Shown here: positions 46,093 through 59,387 of the stretch, piece by piece
Layout: each line of letters begins with the position of its first letter
Numbering within the stretch: position 1 is the stretch's first letter
From: Heptranchias perlo
Taxonomy: Eukaryota
Assembly: GCF_035084215.1 (NCBI RefSeq)
Contig: NC_090359.1
Span: 11,842,001 to 11,906,000 of the forward strand
Direction: 5' to 3'
DNA: 64,000 bases
Position numbers and translations under genes: made by a program
The notes under the pieces: model-generated
What the model saw: only the letters and a program-made list of their open reading frames with translations
What the model was told of the DNA's origin: nothing
The model's database searches: none

Positions 46093-47022
46093 ACTGACTG
46101 CAGGGATAAAGCTTATTGTTCAGTACTCCTGTTTATAGTCTGAAGAACCCCTATCCTGTAGCAATGGTGACTTTGTACTAAGAGCTGCGAGACCTGGGCT
46201 CTTGATGTGAAATGTAATAGTAACTGGAAATAAACTGTTACAGAAGACTGGGTTTTGGCTCCTTGTAAATTGAGTGATTGCTTATTTTTCAGATTAACAT
46301 AATTCAGCTGTTGTAACAAATTACATTGGGCTATGTATTGGCTTTAGGGTGAGATTCTGGCCTATGACATTTTTTCTTCTGGGGTCATATCAATGTAGTG
46401 ACTTGGGTGTTGAGGGCCAATGTGTCTGCCTTGAGTGTAAATTGTATTTATGCAGTAAAATGATTACTGCTGATTTCAATGCAAAGAACAATACAGTAAT
46501 GAGTTACTGTTCCTATTAGTACTGCATATTATCAACTGTTTAACTCATTAATGATGCAAAATCAGCTGCTGTAACATTTTGTTCCAATAAAACACAAGGA
46601 AAGTAAACTAGTAATTTCAGTCCAATAGGCAATTTTTTAAAGAATAGTATCTGCCTGGGGAAGAACAATCCAGATGCTTTTTTTCAAAGATGCTACAGAC
46701 CTCAGTAGGTCGTTGGGGTAGCTTATGAAATCACTCACTATTACTCCTAATAAACTGTTTGTTTGGAGTCAAATAGGTCTCATATGGGGGAGTGCAGGTT
46801 CCCTGTTTGTCTATTTCCCTTCATTTTCATCTTCTGCCCCCCAACCCCCTGTTAATCTCTCCCATGAATAATAAATTGGGTATGGTACAGAAAAAATACC
46901 TCGAACTAAACTCCAGCAAACAAAATCATCCTTCTGGGAGACGGAGTAAATGCACCAAACAACTAACTTGAACCATTAAGTTGAATAGATAAGGCTCCTA
47001 AACTCTTCCATACCACTACTGT

Positions 47023-47312
47023 TCCATCAATTCATAAACCCAATATAAGCAGCTCATCCATAAATCTATCAATTTGTATTTATCCCATTGTGCAGTTAAT
47101 ACTAGATTACAATTCTAAATTCTACTGGATCACCATTTCATTTAAACCAAGTTAAATAGATATTTTGCCTGAAACTCCACATCCCAATGCCATCAATTCA
47201 TAAACACAATACAATCAGCTCCTCCATAAATGTGTCGATTTGCCTATAGTCCTATTGTGCGTTCCATACCAAATTGTAATCAACCTTTCCAAATCCTATG
47301 GGTTCTCCATTC
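47023..47312. repeat. Diverged two-copy tandem repeat, ~166 bp period
   Basis: ccatcaattcataaac(c/a)caata...cagctc(a/c)tccataaat at ~47024 and ~47190. Confidence 0.7.
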
Positions 47313-47454
47313 ATCTCCTTCACCCCTATGAATGGATTCAAATGTTGATGCTGTATCTGTAATTATCCAGTGTTTCCAAGTGAAGTTTAGGAACTTGTGA
47401 CTTGCACTGGGTGTGATAGAATTGCCGTCTTCAGTCAGTCCATGTTAATATCTT

Positions 47455-47750
47455 TATATTGATGGAGTAAATAAGGGGAAACTGATTCCAGTAGCAGACC
47501 GGTTAGTAACCAGCAAACACAGATTTAAGGTGATTGGTAAAAGAACCAGAAGTGACACGAAACTTTTTTCAGTGTTCTGATCTGGAATGCATTGCCTCAT
47601 CGGGTGGTGGAAGCAGATTTAATAACTTTCAAAAGGAAATTGGATAAATACTTGAAGGGGGAACGAGCAGGGGAGTGGGACTAATTGGATAGCTCTTTCA
47701 AAGAGGCAGCATATGCACAATGGGCTGAATGGCTTCTTTCTGTGCTGTAA
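47455..47750 (+). mobile_element. CR1 3' remnant
   Basis: aaccagcaaacacagatttaaggtgattgg...tctggaatgcattgcct...gggctgaatggcttctttctgtgctgtaa. Confidence 0.65.
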
Positions 47751-47869
47751 TAGGATATTATGATCTCTAAAGGCACTTTTGGGATATCAATGTCACCACA
47801 TTTCATACGTTGTTGAGCCATAATTTTACGAGTCAGTGTGGATTATCTGGTAGCTTTGACTGCTGCATA

Positions 47870-48250
47870 GTTCGCACCTTTGAGGTGTAGTCACTGTTGT
47901 AAGGTAAGAAATGCGGCAGTCAATTTGCCTCCAGCAAGGACCCAAAAACAGCAATGAAATATTGACCTGATAATCTGTTTTAGTGATGTTAGTTGAGGGA
48001 TAAATATTGGTCCAGATATTGGGGAGAACTCCGCTGCTCTTCCTCGAAATAGTGCTGTGGGATATTTTACGTCCACCTGAGAGAGCAGATGAGGCCTCGA
48101 TTTAATATCACATCCAAAAGACGGCACCTCCGACAGTACAGCACTCCCTTAGTCAGCCGAGATTATGTGCTCAAGTCTCTAGATGATAATTGAACCCACA
48201 ACCTTCTGACTCTGAGGTGAGAGTGCTGCCACTGAGCCACAGCTGACACA
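47870..48250 (-). mobile_element. tRNA-headed SINE
   Basis: Minus strand shows Pol III A box (tggctcagtgg) and B box (gggttcaat) at 48190-48240, followed by a body shared with 35328-35716. Confidence 0.75.
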
Positions 48251-48710
48251 AATGGAGATGTTTGTGTGGGTGACATTGCATTCAGTAATCTTCACTGCCT
48301 CTCATTCTCGCTGAATATCCTGAATTTTACCAAACAACATTTCATGAGAATCAAAACTAAAAATGATGCATCCCACAATGCTTTGCCCAGTTGATGCCCC
48401 CATGCTGCCAATCCTCAGACACACCCATTCTCTATATTAGAACTGGGGACGATTCACACCATCCATGGGATGGAATTTCCATTTCTCTGACCAATGGATG
48501 GTTTGCAAATTCACTCAAGACAACTTGATTGCTTTGAATATTGTCTCAACATCACAATCACCAACAAGTAATAAACTTGACCAGATTATGAAAAGCCACT
48601 TCAGTGAAAATATCAAATTATTATCAAATAATTCAAAATTATGATTCCAAGAGATTGAAACAAAGAGAAACTTTCAGATTTTTTTTTTTCATATTTTTTT
48701 CACTTTCAGA

Positions 48711-51700
48711 TTTTTTTTTTTCCTTTTTTATTTTTTTTTATTTTGTTAGGCCCCCCTTTTATAAGAAGGGGGGTGTGGGGTGTGCTTAAATACTAAAACC
48801 AAACAAACCAAAACCAAGTGTTCAAATTAAAATTTTATTCTCCTCGTCCAGGATGCACTCCAGCCCCTGCGGTGCCCACCGGCCGCGGAAAGCCTCGAGC
48901 GTACCGGCAGACACCGCGTGCTCCATCTCCAGGGCCACCCGGGCGCGGAGCATTCCGCGGAAGAGAGGCAGACAGGCCGAGCGACCGCCCCCACGGACCA
49001 CGATCATCCTAGACCTGTGGATGGCCACCTTGGACAGGCCCAGGAGCAGGCCCACGAGAACGTCCACCGACCTGCCCGCCCCCCTCCTCACCGGTCGGCC
49101 AAAGATCAGGAGCGTGGGACTGAAGTGCAGCCAGAACTTGAGGAGCTGACCTTCGGCAGGTCCTCCCACAAAACTCTGCGCGCCTCCTCGCTGGACGGAT
49201 CCGGAGAGAACAGAGCCTCGTAGTAAGATCGAGCCCGGGCCCTGACTCCCTCCGGGTCCGAGACGAGGGACCCGTCGTCGGCCAGCAGCGTAAGGAGCTG
49301 ATTACGAGCCCCCCGCCGCTTTTCCAGCGAGTAGAAGAAGGGAGAGCCGCGGTCCAGGTCCCGAAGGAGCTGGAGCCGCGACCTCACGTACGCTCCTCGG
49401 GACCCGACCAGTTGCAGGTCCCTCAGAGCGTCCATCCTCTCTTCGTACACCTGCCGCAGGGCCGGATCCTCGGCGGCCTGACCGAGACAGGACTCCAGGC
49501 CAAGCACCTCCTGCTCCAACCGCCTGACCTCGGACTCCCGCCTCTTAGTCGACCCCCTCGCGTACTCTTGACAGAAGAGGCGGACGTGAGCCTTGCCCAC
49601 GTCTCACCATAGCCTCAAGGAGGAGAAGCCTCCCCGCTTCCCTCTCCAGTCGCTCCAGAACAGACGGAACGAGTCCCGGAACCGCGCGTCCTCCAGCAGC
49701 CGGTTGTTAAAGTGCCAGTACGCGGACCCCGACCGGGCGCGGAGCAGAGCGAGCTCCATCCACACCAGGTGGTGGTCCGAGCACGACACCGGCCGGATGG
49801 AGGCCGACGGGACGCAGGAGGCGTACGCCCGCGAAACGTACAGGCGGTCGATTCTGATGCTCCCTCCTGCAGCCCTCACAAAGGTGAACTGGCCGGAGTC
49901 GGGATGGAGATTCCGCCAGACGTCCACCAAGTCGAAGGACCCGACCAGGTCCCTCAACTTCTCCGTCGCCGTTCGGGCACGCGCGGGACCGGAGCGGTCC
50001 CTCGCCTCGAGGGTACGGTTAAAATCCCCCCCGAGGATAATGCACTCGCCGGCGTCGACGGAGTTTAGGTAAGTAGACACTTCTTCAAAGAAGCTCACTT
50101 GCTCGCCCTCGGACCAGGGGGCGTACACGTTCACCAGGTGAAGCGGCACGTCCCCGTGGCGAAGGGCTACGTGGAGCAAGCGGCCCGGCACCGGCTCCTT
50201 GACCCCCAAGATCTCCGGCTGAAAAGTCGGGGCCAACAAGATGGCCACCCCGCTCGAAACGCTGGCGAGGTGACTCAAGTAGACCCCCCCTCCCCATTCC
50301 AGGATCCACGTGGCCTCGTCTCCCGGAACGGTGTGGGTTTCCTGCAGAAAGCACACCGCATACTTCCCGTCCCGCAGGACCGAGAACTTGTCAAATCTAC
50401 GGCGGGCGTCTCTGCCGCCGTTGATGTTGAGGCTGGCTATGGTTATCTCCATGGCAAGAGCACAGCGCAACCTACTTAAACCTAACGCGCGGAGGGAGCG
50501 GGGCCGCTAGTCGACCGCCACTCCCTCAAGAGCCCGGTGAGGAGGGATCTGAGCCGACGCAGCCCGACCCCGCCGTCGTCCCCTTCCGCGGCCACGGACG
50601 CGACGGCGGCCAGGACCGAGCGGATTAACTGCGCCGGCTCCGACCAACGGTCGAGGGCCAGCCGGACGCCATCGCGACGACGGCTCCAACCGGACGCAAA
50701 ATCCCGGAGTTCCTCAACGGGGATGAGGGGAGACTCGGTGCAGGGCACGAGGGCGTCCACCACCTCACTGGCGGCGAACTCCAAATCCTCCCCAGTGCCC
50801 ACCACCGAGTCCCCATCCTCCTCCGGGTCATCGTCGCCCGCGGCCGACCCGCTCCCCGCACAAAGCGCGGAGAACGAGACGGCCGCGCCGGCCAGCCCCG
50901 CCTCTGTCACGATCCCACCCCCAGGATCGTCGGCAGAGGAGTCCTCCCCGGGCTCCACCGGGGGGTCCGGATCAGAGGGCGGCGCCGGGCGGGGACCCTC
51001 CCCAGCCTCCGAGCGGTGAAAAACCGGCACCCGGATATAAGGGGAACCCGGGGAAACCGGGGAGAACGTGTACTCAAGTTCTCCCACCTCCCCCGGCTCC
51101 GAGCCCAGATACTGGGAGGAGGGGGTCTCCCCACCCACGTCGCCACCGACCGACCCGGCCGGTGAGATATTTTGATTAAAACCCACCACCAGGTCGAGCA
51201 GGTCCTGGGAGAGGTCGAGCCGGGGGCAGACGAATTTGGCCGCAACGGCCTCGCCCACCCCGACACCCAGGACGCCCGACCCGGTGAACAGGGTAGTGTC
51301 GGGTAACTGCGGAGCCGCGACCCCCCCTATCGGCGGGGTCTCTCCACCCCCCCGGGAGGCACGGGCACAATCTCCTCCCCCCGAGAGGTGGATGACCCCC
51401 GCCGCTGTTCGGATGTCACGGGCGGGGCTGCAGGATCCGCGACCGGCACCGACTCCCCTTCCACGGGGGGCCGTCCCTTAGCAGGGAGCCCGTTCGCTTC
51501 CGGGGAGTGGTGCCTCTTTTTCTTCCAGGAGGGTCGCGGAGGGAGGGGGGACTCCATGTCTACTGGGACCCCCGCCTCCGCTCCCTCCTGATCACCCGCC
51601 AGCCCGGGCTCTGTCGCGACCGCGAGATGTTGACTGGCCGCGGTCACGGCCTCGGGCTGACTGAGATCTTCTCTGTCCCGGGGACCAGCCTCTAAATTCT

Positions 51701-53253
51701 TCCTCTTTCTCCGCGCTTTCTTCTGGCGAGGGTTCCCCTCCTCCCCCCTGGCGGAGGCCTCGACGCCAACCTCCACCCGCGCAGTTGACTCTCCCGACGC
51801 GGGGGCGGGGTTGGGGGGAGGAGCGGTGGCGGCGCCAGCCCCGGCCGCCGTAGCTGTTTTGGCGGCCTGAGAGGCAGGGCAGTTCCTCTTCAGGTGCCCC
51901 ACCTCCTTACAGGCATGGCACCGCCCACCCTCTGCCGTCCAAAAGACGCGGTAAGGGGTCCCCTCGTGGAGGGCGTTAAAGCCCCCCTCCGTAACCTCCT
52001 CCCGTGCCAGCTTGACGAATGCCTGGCGACGGAAGGAGTAAACATGCCGGAGGCTGTTCTCCCTGAGTCCGAGCGGCAGCGGCGTTACCCCCGACCTCAC
52101 CTCCCCCAGTTGACGTAGGTGGGGGAGGAGGAGCTCGTCCGACAGGAAAGGCGGGACGTTAGATAAAATGACTCGCTGCGCGGTGGCCTCCAGCGGGTCC
52201 ACCGGCAGGAAGGTCCCGCCAACCGTGAGCCCCTTACTAAGGGCCAGGGACACCGCCCGCTCGGACCTCAGGAAGAACACCGCCCTCCCGTACATTTTTG
52301 AGGCCGCGACGATGGCCGAGGGGCCGACAACCTCGGCCATGGCCTTTACGCAGGCCTCAATGGTCATGTTGGGGTGGGCGTAGCTCTTCACCCCATGCTT
52401 CCTCGTAATGAGGCGGAAAGGCGCCGGCCCAGCAGGAGCGGCACGAACTGTAGGAGCGGCCCCCGAGGTAACCGCCGCATACGTCCTGCTGGGTCCCGGC
52501 ACCGGCGAAGATGGTGAAGCCATGACTGAGAGAGCCACACCCACCCCAAGTCTCGGGCCTACTGATGAATTTAGGCCTTTTTTTTTAAAAGAAGCCCTGA
52601 GGAAACCTCTCTCCCCGAATCCCAGAGCTTGGTTGGGAGAGGGGCCCCTTTGCTGGTTTTATTTCCCCCAGAATATCCGGGAGAGCAAGAGAAGGTGGGA
52701 GGGATTAATGGTGGAATGGGAAGGAGGGAGTCTGCAGGGGTAGGCTGCTGCAGAAGTGGGTGGAAGAGGGGCGGGGTTGCACCTTAAAAGGTGGATCTTA
52801 TTCTGCCTGTCTTCCAGTGGGCAGGGGGAGGAGATGTCTTCCCCTAGACAGCTGGAGCTGCCTAGGCTCAGTCCTCCAAAGATTGAAAAAGTAACTTCAC
52901 CCAGGCAGCTCCAGCTGTCCTGGGCCAGACACTTGGGGGAACCCCCTGTCCTCTAAGGTCTTCTTCCTCCCCCTACCTTCAGCCGACGCACCTCACTGCA
53001 CCGACCTCCTCTTCCTCCCTCTGTTCGGTGTCGCAAACCACCAGCAGCAGCAGCACAACCCCTCCCGGCTGCTGTTTGGTAGTATTCTTCTTCTCCCTCC
53101 CTCCTTGTTGATGGTGGTTTCTCCTTCTCCTTCTCCTTGACTCAGAGGGACCCGGGCAAGGGCCTGCTCTCTCTGCTCTCTCTGCTCTCCACTCAATGGC
53201 AGTTCAGCCACAAACAGCTCCAATGCCGAGCTGGTGTGTCTCAAAGACAACCC
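48711..53253 (-). mobile_element. Tx1 copy D, internally deleted non-autonomous derivative
   Basis: Both ends intact. ~2.3 kb of ORF2 including the RT domain is deleted at ~49147; TGA at 49604; ORF1 (50482-52523) frameshifted near 51345. Confidence 0.93.
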
Positions 53254-53283
53254 AACAGAGATGTTATCAGATTCAGTTTGAGG

Positions 53284-53416
53284 NNNNNNNNNNNNNNNNN
53301 NNNNNNNNNNNNNNNNNNNNNNNNNNNNNNNNNNNNNNNNNNNNNNNNNNNNNNNNNNNNNNNNNNNNNNNNNNNNNNNNNNNNNNNNNNNNNNNNNNNN
53401 NNNNNNNNNNNNNNNN
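53284..53416. other. Assembly gap (N run)
   Basis: Run of Ns between the 5' flank of copy D and the 3' end of copy E. Confidence 1.
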
Positions 53417-56400
53417 AAAATTTTATTTTCCTCGTCCAGGATGCACTCCAGCCCCTGCGGTGCCCACCGGCCGCGGAAAGCCTCGAGCGTACCGGCAGAC
53501 ACCGCGTGCTCCATCTCCAGGGCCACCCGGGCGCGGAGCATTCCGCGGAAGAGAGGCAGACAGGCCGAGCGACCGCCCCCACGGACCACGATCATCCTAG
53601 ACCTGTGGATGGCCACCTTGGACAGGCCCAGGAGCAGGCCCACGAGAACGTCCACCGACCTGCCCGCCCCCCTCCTCACCGGGCGGCCAAAGATCAGGAG
53701 CGTGGGACTGAAATGCAGCCAGAACTTGAGGAGCAGCCCCTTCAAATAATGGAACAGGGGCTGCAGTCTCGCACACCCAGTGTACAGATGGAACACGGAC
53801 TCCTCCAGGCCGCAGAAATCACAAGCGGCCTGGGTGTCCGTGAAATGGCGTAACCGCCGGTTGCACGCGACTGCTCCGTGCGCCACCCTCCACCCCAGAT
53901 CCCCAAAGTAACACGGGAGGACCCCTGTATAGAGAGCCTCCCAATGGGGACCCCCGTCTCCGCCGGACGGCAGGATGGTACGCCAGGGCGTGTCCGGCCG
54001 AGAGACGAGGGCGAGGAAGTGGATGGTGTGCAGGAGCAGCCCGTACAGGAAATCCCTCCGCGCGGTGTGAAACGGCACGGAGGGAATTTCCGAGAGACGA
54101 CTCAAGTTGTGAGGCGCGGCCCCCCGAGGGAGGTTCCGGGGTTTGGCGCCGAGGAGGAACTCCGTCCGAACGGGGGTCAGGTCGGACGGGATGGCTCCGC
54201 ACGCCTGAGCCGCCTCCACATCCCGAGTGGAGTCAGGGCCGAGCGCCGATTTCAACGCCCGGATGGCGATGGCCGCGTCCCCGGCACGCCACGAGGACAT
54301 CCGTGCGGCGAGCGCCCACGGCTCCAACCAACCCGACCCACCGCCATCCAGGACGTCCCTGACTCTGGTCACCCGACCGGCCACGGCCCTCCGCACCGAC
54401 AGCCGCGAGTGGCCGAAGCCGATATCGCGGAGGAACGGATTCCCGAGCAGCGGCTCCTGCAGGACGGCCGCTACCCCTGACGGGCGAGAGCTCCGACCGG
54501 AGGCGACCATGTTCCAGACCCTGAGCAGATCCTGGTAAAAGACAGGCAGCTCCTGCAAAGACGTGCGGCCGCCCACCAGCGAGATGAACAGGAGCTGCGT
54601 GTCGTAGTTCAGGCCGTGCAGCTGGCGGAAAAAATACGTCGCCAGTGCACGCCATCTAAGAGGACGCTCAACGTACAGGTATCGCCGCAGCGTCCGAAGG
54701 CGGAAAGTTGCCACCTGGGTGCGGACGCACACCAGCCCCTGACCGCCCTCCCTAAGCGGGAGACTCAGGACCGCGGCAGCGACCCAGTGTATCCCTCTGG
54801 CCCAGAAGAAGTCGACAAACTTCTTCTGAATTTTGGCGACAAACTCAGGGGGGGGGATCAAAGTGACCAACCGGTACCACAACATGGCGGCCACCAGCTG
54901 GTTTATGACCAGCACACGACCCCTGTAGGATAACACTCGGAGCAGTCCTGTCCAGCGCGCCAGGCGAGCGGTGACTTTGGCCTCCAGCTCTTCCCAGTTC
55001 GCCGGCCAGGCTTCCTCGGCAGGGCCGAGGTAGACTCCCAGGTACCGGAGGTGCGTGGTACTCCAGGCGAAAGGCCTGAGCTCCTCCGGCAGGGAGTCCA
55101 CCCGCCACTGACCCACCAGGAGTCCGGAACATTTCTCCCAGTTGATCCTTGCGGAAGACGCCGCAGAGTAGACCTCTTGGCACTCGCGCATCCTCCGCAA
55201 GTCAAGGGGATCCGTGACCACGAGGAGCACGTCGTCGGCGTAAGCCGAAAGGACGACCTCCACGTCCGGCTCGCGCAGAGCCAGTCCCGACAACCTCTTG
55301 CGCAAGAGGCGCAGGAAAGGCTCCACGCAGACGGCGTATAATTGGCCGGACATGGGGCACCCCTGACGCACTCCTCTCCCGAAGCGAAGGGGCGCCGTCA
55401 AGGATCCGTTAACCTTAATCAGACACTCCGCGGCGGCGTACAGAAGTCGGATCCGGGCGACGAAATGCGACCCGAACCCGAAAGCGCGCAGAGTCCCGAA
55501 TAGATACTCGTGATCCACCCTGTCGAACGCCTTCTCCTGATCTAAGGAAAGGAAGGCGACCGACAGACCAGCCCTCTGGGAATGGTGGATCAGGTCCCGG
55601 ACCAGATGGATGTTATCGTGGATCTTCCGGCCCGGGACCGTGTAGGACTGGTCGGGGTGGATCATGTGGGCCAGCACGGTGCCCAGGCGAGCAGACATCG
55701 CCTTGGCAAAGACCTTATAATCCGTGCTGAGGAGGGAGACCGGGCGCCAGTTTTTAAGGTTGCGGAGATCCCCCTTCTTAGGCAGCAGGACCACGACCGC
55801 CCTGCGCCACGAAAGGGGCATCTCCCCGGTCGCCAGACATTCCCCCAGGACCCGCGCGTAGTCGCCCCCCAGGACGTCCCAGAAGGCCCTGAGGAACTCC
55901 ACGGTCAGCCCGTCCAGCCCCGGGGACTTGCCCCTGGAGAGCTGGTGGAGGGCGCCGGTCAGCTCCGCCAAACTGAGCGGAGCGTCCAGACGCTCGGCGT
56001 CCTCCGGGCCGACCTTCGGCAAGTCCTCCCACAAAACTCTGCGCGCCTCCTCGCTGGACGGATCCGGAGAGAACAGAGCCTCGTAGAAAGATCGAGCACG
56101 GGCCCTGACTCCCTCCGGGTCCGAGACGAGGGACCCGTCGTCGGCCAGCAGCGTAAGGAGCTGCTTACGAGCCCCCCGCCGCTTTTCCAGCGAGTAGAAG
56201 AAGGGAGAGCCGCGGTCCAGGTCCCGCAGGAGCTGGAGCCGCGACCTCACGTACGCTCCTCGGGACCCGACAAGGTGCAGGTCCCTCAGAGCGTCCTTCC
56301 TCTCCTCGTACACCTGCCGCAGGGCCGGATCCTCGGCGGCCTGACCGAGACGGGACTCCAGGCCAAGCACCTCCTGCTCCAACCGCCTGACCTCGGACTC

Positions 56401-57315
56401 CCGCCTCTTAGTCGACCCCCTCGCGTACTCTTGACAGAAGAGGCGGACGTGAGCCTTGCCCACGTCCCACCATAGCCTCAAGGAGGAGAAGCCTCCCCGC
56501 TTCCCTCTCCAGTCGCTCCAGAACAGACGGAACGAGTCCCGGAACCGCGCGTCCTCCAGCAGCCGGTTGTTAAAGTGCCAGTACGCGGACCCCGACCGGG
56601 CGCGGAGCAGAGCGAGCTCCATCCACACCAGGTGGTGGTCCGAGCACGACACCGGCCGGATGGAGGCCGACGGGACGCAGGAGGCGTACGCCCGCGAAAC
56701 GTACAGGCGGTCGATTCTGGTGCTCCCTCCTGCAGCCCTCACAAAGGTGAACTGGCCGGAGTCGGGATGGAGATTCCGCCAGACGTCCACCAAGTCGAAG
56801 GACCCGACCAGGTCCCTCAACTTCTCCGTCGCCGTTCGGGCACGCGCGGGACCGGAGCGGTCCCTCGCCTCGAGGGTACGGTTAAAATCCCCCCCGAGGA
56901 TAATGCACTCGCCGGCGTCGACGGAGTTTAGGTAAGTAGACACTTCCTCAAAGAAGCTCACTTGCTCGCCCTCGGACCAGGGGGCGTACACGTTCACCAG
57001 GTGAAGCGGCACGTCCCCGTGGCGAAGGGCTACGTGGAGCAAGCGGCCCGGCACCGGCTCCTTGACCCCCAAGATCTCCGGCTGAAAAGTCGGGGCCAAC
57101 AAGATGGCCACCCCGCTCGAAACGCTGGCGAGGTGACTCAAGTAGACCCCCCCTCCCCATTCCAGGATCCACGTGGCCTCGTCTCCCGGAACGGTGTGGG
57201 TTTCCTGCAGAAAGCACACCGCATACTTCCCGTCCCGCAGGACCGAGAACTTGTCAAATCTACGGCGGGCGTCTCTGCCGCCGTTGATGTTGAGGCTGGC
57301 TATGGTTATCTCCAT
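53417..57315 (-). CDS. Tx1 copy E ORF2, intact up to the last residues before the gap
   Basis: MEITIASLNING...YADD...CDFC...DEENKI; the final codons fall in the N run. Confidence 0.93.
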
Positions 57316-57344
57316 GGCAAGAGCACAGCGCAACCTACTTAAAC

Positions 57345-59387
57345 CTAACGCGCGGAGGGAGCGGGGCCGCTAGTCGACCGCCACTCCCTCAAGAGCCCGG
57401 TGAGGAGGGATCTGAGCCGACGCAGCCCGACCCCGCCGTCGTCCCCTTCCGCGGCCACGGACGCGACGGCGGCCAGGACCGAGCGGATTAACTGCGCCGG
57501 CTCCGACCAACGGTCGAGGGCCAGCCGGACGCCATCGCGACGACGGCTCCAACCGGACGCAAAATCCCGGAGTTCCTCAACGGGGATGAGGGGAGACTCG
57601 GTGCCGGGCACGAGGGCGTCCACCACCTCACTGGCGGCGAACTCCAAATCCTCCCCAGTGCCCACCACCGAGTCCCCGTCCTCCTCCGGATCATCGTCGC
57701 CCGCGGCCGACCCGCTCCCCGCACAAAGCGCGGAGAACGAGACGGCCGCGCCGGCCAGCCCCGCCTCTGTCACGATCCCACCCCCAGGATCGTCGGCAGA
57801 GGAGTCCCCCCCGGGCTCCACCGGGGGGTCCGGGTCAGAGGGCGGCGCCGGGCGGGGACCCTCCCCAGCCTCCGAGCGGTGAAAAACCGGCACCCGGATA
57901 TAAGGGGAACCCGGGGAAACCGGGGAGAACGTGTACTCAAGTTCTCCCACCTCCCCCGGCTCCGAGCCCAGAGACTGAGAGGAGGGGGTCTCCCCACCCA
58001 CGTCGCCACCGACCGACCCGGCCGGTGAGATATTCTGGTTAAAACCCACCACCAGGTCGAGCAGGTCCTGGGAGAGGTCGAGCCGGGGGCAGACGAATTT
58101 GGCCGCAACGGCCTCGCCCACCCCGATACCCAGGACGCCCGACCCGGTGAACAGGGTAGTGTCGGGTAACTGCGGAGCCGCGACCCCCCCTATCGGCGGG
58201 GTCTCTCCATCCCCTCCGGGAGGCACGGGCACGATCTCCTCCCCCCGAGAGGTGGATGACCCCCGCCGCTGTTCGGATGTCACGGGCGGGGCCGCAGGAT
58301 CCGCGACCGGCACCGACTCCCCTTCCACGGGGGGCCGTCCCTTAGCAGGGAGCCCGTTCGCTTCCGGGGAGTGGTGCCTCTTTTTCTTCCAGGAGGGTCG
58401 CGGAGGGAGGGGGGACTCCATGTCTGCTGGGACCCCCGCCTCCGCTCCCTCCTGATCACCCGCCAGCCCGGGCTCTGTCGCGACCGCGAGATGTTGACTG
58501 GCCGCGGTCACGGCCTCGGGCTGACTGAGATCTTCTCTGTGCCGGGGACCAGCCTCTAGATTCTTCCTCTTTCTCCGCGCCTTTCTCTGGCGAGGGTTCC
58601 CCTCCTCCCCCCTGGCGGAGGCCTCGACGCCAACCTCCACCCGCGCAGTTGACTCTCCCGACGCGGGGGCGGGGTTGGGGGGAGGAGCGGTGGCGGCGCC
58701 AGCCCCGGCCGCCGTAGCTGTTTTGGCGGCCTGAGAGGCAGGGCAGTTCCTCTTCAGGTGCCCCACCTCCTTACAGGCATGGCACCGCCCACCCTCTGCC
58801 GTCCAAAAGACGCGGTAAGGGGTCCCCTCGTGGAGGGCGTTAAAGCCCCCCTCCGTAACCTCCTCCCGTGCCAGCTTGACGAATGCCTGGCGACGGAAGG
58901 AGTAAACATGCCGGAGGCTGTTCTCCCTGAGTCCGAGCGGCAGCGGCGTTACCCCCGACCTCACCTCCCCCAGTTGACGTAGGTGGGGGAGGAGGAGCTC
59001 GTCCGACAGGAAAGGCGGGACGTTAGATAAAATGACTCGCTGCGCGGTGGCCTCCAGCGGGTCCACCGGCAGGAAGGTCCCGCCAACCGTGAGCCCCTTA
59101 CTAAGGGCCAGGGACACCGCCCGCTCGGACCTCAGGAAGAACACCGCCCTCCCGTACATTTTTGAGGCCGCGACGATGGCCGAGGGGCCGACAACCTCGG
59201 CCATGGCCTTTACGCAGGCCTCAATGGTCATGTTGGGGTGGGCGTAGCTCTTCACCCCATGCTTCCTCGTAATGAGGCGGAAAGGCGCCGGCCCAGCAGG
59301 AGCGGCACGAACTGTAGGAGCGGCCCCCGAGGTAACCGCCGCATACGTCCTGCTGGGTCCCGGCACCGGCGAAGATGGTGAAGCCAT
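57345..59387 (-). CDS. Tx1 copy E ORF1, intact, 680 aa
   Basis: ATG at 59387 (MASPSS...), CCHC knuckle, stop at 57345. Confidence 0.93.
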   Translation of the reverse strand: MASPSSPVPGPSRTYAAVTSGAAPTVRAAPAGPAPFRLITRKHGVKSYAHPNMTIEACVKAMAEVVGPSAIVAASKMYGRAVFFLRSERAVSLALSKGLTVGGTFLPVDPLEATAQRVILSNVPPFLSDELLLPHLRQLGEVRSGVTPLPLGLRENSLRHVYSFRRQAFVKLAREEVTEGGFNALHEGTPYRVFWTAEGGRCHACKEVGHLKRNCPASQAAKTATAAGAGAATAPPPNPAPASGESTARVEVGVEASARGEEGNPRQRKARRKRKNLEAGPRHREDLSQPEAVTAASQHLAVATEPGLAGDQEGAEAGVPADMESPLPPRPSWKKKRHHSPEANGLPAKGRPPVEGESVPVADPAAPPVTSEQRRGSSTSRGEEIVPVPPGGDGETPPIGGVAAPQLPDTTLFTGSGVLGIGVGEAVAAKFVCPRLDLSQDLLDLVVGFNQNISPAGSVGGDVGGETPSSQSLGSEPGEVGELEYTFSPVSPGSPYIRVPVFHRSEAGEGPRPAPPSDPDPPVEPGGDSSADDPGGGIVTEAGLAGAAVSFSALCAGSGSAAGDDDPEEDGDSVVGTGEDLEFAASEVVDALVPGTESPLIPVEELRDFASGWSRRRDGVRLALDRWSEPAQLIRSVLAAVASVAAEGDDGGVGLRRLRSLLTGLLREWRSTSGPAPSAR

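Noticed and set aside
49140-49155. Deletion in copy D as a spliced-out intron
   Set aside because: The deleted segment does not have GT...AG ends; the junction shows only short GC microhomology.
52993-53416. Apparent C-terminal extension making ORF2 1446 aa
   Set aside because: Artefact of translating through the N gap into the 5' flank of copy D.
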